Shown here: positions 4,512 to 6,100 of the stretch, piece by piece | How the letters are laid out: the number at the start of each line of letters is the position of its first letter | How positions within the stretch are numbered: position 1 is the stretch's first letter | NCBI GenBank assembly: GCA_007116835.1 | Contig: SKHS01000123.1 | Coordinates: 1 to 6,100 of the forward strand | Direction: 5' to 3' | Source: Halomonas sp. | GTDB lineage: Bacteria; Pseudomonadota; Gammaproteobacteria; Pseudomonadales; Halomonadaceae | DNA: 6,100 nt | Notes under the pieces: model-generated | Seen by the model: the letters and a program-made list of their open reading frames with translations, nothing else | The model's database searches: none | Told to the model about the DNA's origin: nothing | Program-made: the position numbers and the translations under genes

Positions 4512-5078
4512 ATGGCGCAAGCAGCAACATTAGACACGCAACAGCTACAGCGGGTGTTGGACTACTTAAAAACACGCAGACACTATCAACGCAACAGAGT
4601 GATGCTGCTGCTGACACACTGGTCAATGCTGCGTGTGGGCGAAGTGGCAGCGCTGCGCTACTGTGATGTGTTGGACAGCAACGGACAGATATTAAGTGAG
4701 ACTGTGCTGGCGGCAACACAGACGAAGGGTGAAAAGAGCAGACGCATTTGGTTTAACGAGCGTATGCGTGCGGAGTTGGCAGCGTATGTGGCAGCACACA
4801 AACCGAAACACAAAGCGCAGAAACTTTTTTACACACAGCGCAGTGAAGGTTTTACAGCAAACACGCTGACACACATCATCAACAGCTTCTATCAAAAAGC
4901 GGGCATCGCAAACGCATCATCACATTCGGGCAGACGCAGTGGTTTAACTGCGTTGGCAGATAAAGGAGTGAGTGTGCGTGTGCTGATGGCGATTGCGGGG
5001 CACAGCCAGTTAGCGACAACACAGCGGTATATTGATTTACGGCCCAGTGTTGTTAAGGCTGCGGTGGAGTTGGTTTAG
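4512..5078 (+). CDS. small tyrosine recombinase consisting of the catalytic domain only (188 aa from ATG 4512; 208 aa if ATG 4452 is used), FimB/FimE-like in size
   Basis: All canonical catalytic motifs are present: MLRVGEVAAL (Arg), HSGRRSGLTALA (H-x-x-R), AGHSQLATTQRYIDL (His ... nucleophile Tyr). ATG 4512 is preceded by AGGAG (4500-4504) with a 7-nt spacer. ATG 4452 has only a weak GGA upstream and would add a basic low-complexity leader. Stop TAG at 5076-5078. Confidence 0.85.
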   Translation: MAQAATLDTQQLQRVLDYLKTRRHYQRNRVMLLLTHWSMLRVGEVAALRYCDVLDSNGQILSETVLAATQTKGEKSRRIWFNERMRAELAAYVAAHKPKHKAQKLFYTQRSEGFTANTLTHIINSFYQKAGIANASSHSGRRSGLTALADKGVSVRVLMAIAGHSQLATTQRYIDLRPSVVKAAVELV

Positions 5079-6064
5079 ATTTTTTCAGCTACACAATGGA
5101 TTTCTGAGCAAAAGTGATTTCTATCAAAAATAGACTGAATCTCATCTATTTTTTGTCCAAATCCTGTATGTAAGTAATCCATTAGCTTTTGCGAAGATTT
5201 GTTCTTTTGTAGTGTCGTAAGTGTTTGTCGGTATAAATCCATCGCATCAGTTCCGAATCGCCATTCAGCTAATGATTTGACGCCGATTAGTTCGTTCATT
5301 TCTTTGATCGAGTTTTCTGTGAACAAGTGCGTATGGCCGCCTGACAACTGACGAGGGAAAACTTCTGTGAATATATTTTCTAAAATAACAGAAAATGAAA
5401 ACATAGGCACTGAGTAATAAAGATATTGAGCGTTGCTTTTTTTGAAGGCCTCAAAAAACTTGCGAGGCTCTCGCAAATGCTCAAAGACTCCTATTGCTGA
5501 AATCACATTTGCGTTACTTTTTATTATTGAGTTATAAAAACCTTGTTCGTTTTCGAAGCTAAGAGGCTCTATATTTGAATGATGTGAGATTTGATTATTT
5601 CCAAAATCGACCATAGTCTTGCTTACATCTAATCCTGTGGCGCTTAAGTTTCTTAGCAATGCTGCCAAAACAAAATATCCGCTGCCACAGCCGACATCTA
5701 ATATTTCATATTTTTTAGGCGGTAGACTTGCTATAAGGAAATCAACTTTTGGGATATAAATATCAGTAGTTCTTTTGTGAAAATCTTTATCAATGTAGTT
5801 ATTTGAGTAATCGCTGCCAGCGTCTAAAATGTAAAGTTTCTCAATGAAATCTTGAGTATCTTCAAACTTGCCGTTTAAGTGAGAGCATTTGGAACAGAAA
5901 ACATAGTCAACACCGTGCGAATGAAAGTCTAATGAGTTTGGAAGCGGAGATTCGCAAACCTTACATAAATCTCGTTTGGGTTGACTTGCGTATAGGGTAT
6001 TTTGTTTTATTGATTTTTCAAGAAGCTCTTGATTGGCAGTAAAGAAATCTTTTTTTGTGTTCAA
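5075..6064 (-). CDS. class I SAM-dependent methyltransferase with N-terminal Cys4 zinc-ribbon-like motif (329 aa from TTG)
   Basis: ILDVGCGSGYF is SAM-binding motif I, followed by ATGLDVS and ISAIGVFEHL. The N-terminal CKVCES...CSKCSHL resembles the zinc-binding domain of sugar C-methyltransferase-like enzymes. The track start is TTG (6064-6062) with no Shine-Dalgarno sequence, and the frame stays open to base 6100, so the true start may lie beyond the window. The gene is AT-rich, unlike the insert. Confidence 0.85.
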   Translation of the reverse strand: MNTKKDFFTANQELLEKSIKQNTLYASQPKRDLCKVCESPLPNSLDFHSHGVDYVFCSKCSHLNGKFEDTQDFIEKLYILDAGSDYSNNYIDKDFHKRTTDIYIPKVDFLIASLPPKKYEILDVGCGSGYFVLAALLRNLSATGLDVSKTMVDFGNNQISHHSNIEPLSFENEQGFYNSIIKSNANVISAIGVFEHLREPRKFFEAFKKSNAQYLYYSVPMFSFSVILENIFTEVFPRQLSGGHTHLFTENSIKEMNELIGVKSLAEWRFGTDAMDLYRQTLTTLQKNKSSQKLMDYLHTGFGQKIDEIQSIFDRNHFCSEIHCVAEKI

Positions 6065-6100
6065 ATAAAACGAAGAGGATTTTGAGTATTTGAGACTAAC

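Larger units (their letters stand above)
877..5078 (+). mobile_element. small integrative element or genomic islet (minimal extent; left boundary uncertain and could be as far left as about 520)
   Basis: A tRNA-adjacent integrase, a second tyrosine recombinase, a Rep-like gene and a sharp composition change against both flanking methyltransferase genes. The right edge is abrupt at about 5075-5080. I found no tRNA-derived direct repeat at the right end, so the att sites are undefined. Confidence 0.6.

Noticed and set aside
4412-4895. ORFs 4412-4666 (+), 4468-4719 (-) and 4692-4895 (-)
   Set aside because: They are alternate-frame or antisense ORFs overlapping the recombinase CDS, which has complete catalytic motifs.
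5040-5100. Search for a tRNA 3'-end direct repeat (attR) at the right boundary
   Set aside because: Only GGCCCA and TGTTG fragments match, in the wrong order. Nothing resembles GGTTCAAGTCCTGTTGGGCCCACCA, so I cannot call a tRNA-derived att repeat.
1-6100. CRISPR arrays, IS or transposase genes, rRNA, retron/RT, toxin or defence genes
   Set aside because: I found no regularly spaced repeats of 25-40 bp, no transposase-like or reverse-transcriptase-like ORF, and no rRNA-like sequence.

Overview
Two AT-rich SAM-methyltransferase genes (1-507 +, truncated by the window edge; 5075-6064 -) flank a compositionally distinct insert of about 4.2-4.6 kb that begins at or near a tRNA-CAU gene (800-876). 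The insert carries, in order: a 445-aa tyrosine integrase (978-2315); a leftward two-gene unit made of a 146-aa protein of unknown function (2648-3088) and a 57-aa GTG-start basic sORF (2447-2620), which is absent from the supplied ORF track; a 188-aa protein with HUH rolling-circle Rep-like motifs (3253-3819); a stretch of about 630 nt that is ORF-free and strongly A>T skewed and contains a strong intrinsic terminator (4191-4233); and a second tyrosine recombinase of FimB/FimE size (4512 or 4452 to 5078). Three signals stand out. (i) Perfect 11-bp inverted repeats (4072-4082 / 4404-4414) bracket a 321-bp terminator-containing segment directly upstream of the small recombinase, which makes a candidate invertible DNA switch. 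(ii) A composite motif TATGAACAGGA-N-CTGTTCAAA occurs upstream of both the rep-like gene and the small recombinase. (iii) The non-coding stretch is a candidate ncRNA or replication origin. I saw no CRISPR array, IS element or rRNA. All functional calls come from reading motifs by eye, with no database search, so family names are recollections to be verified.
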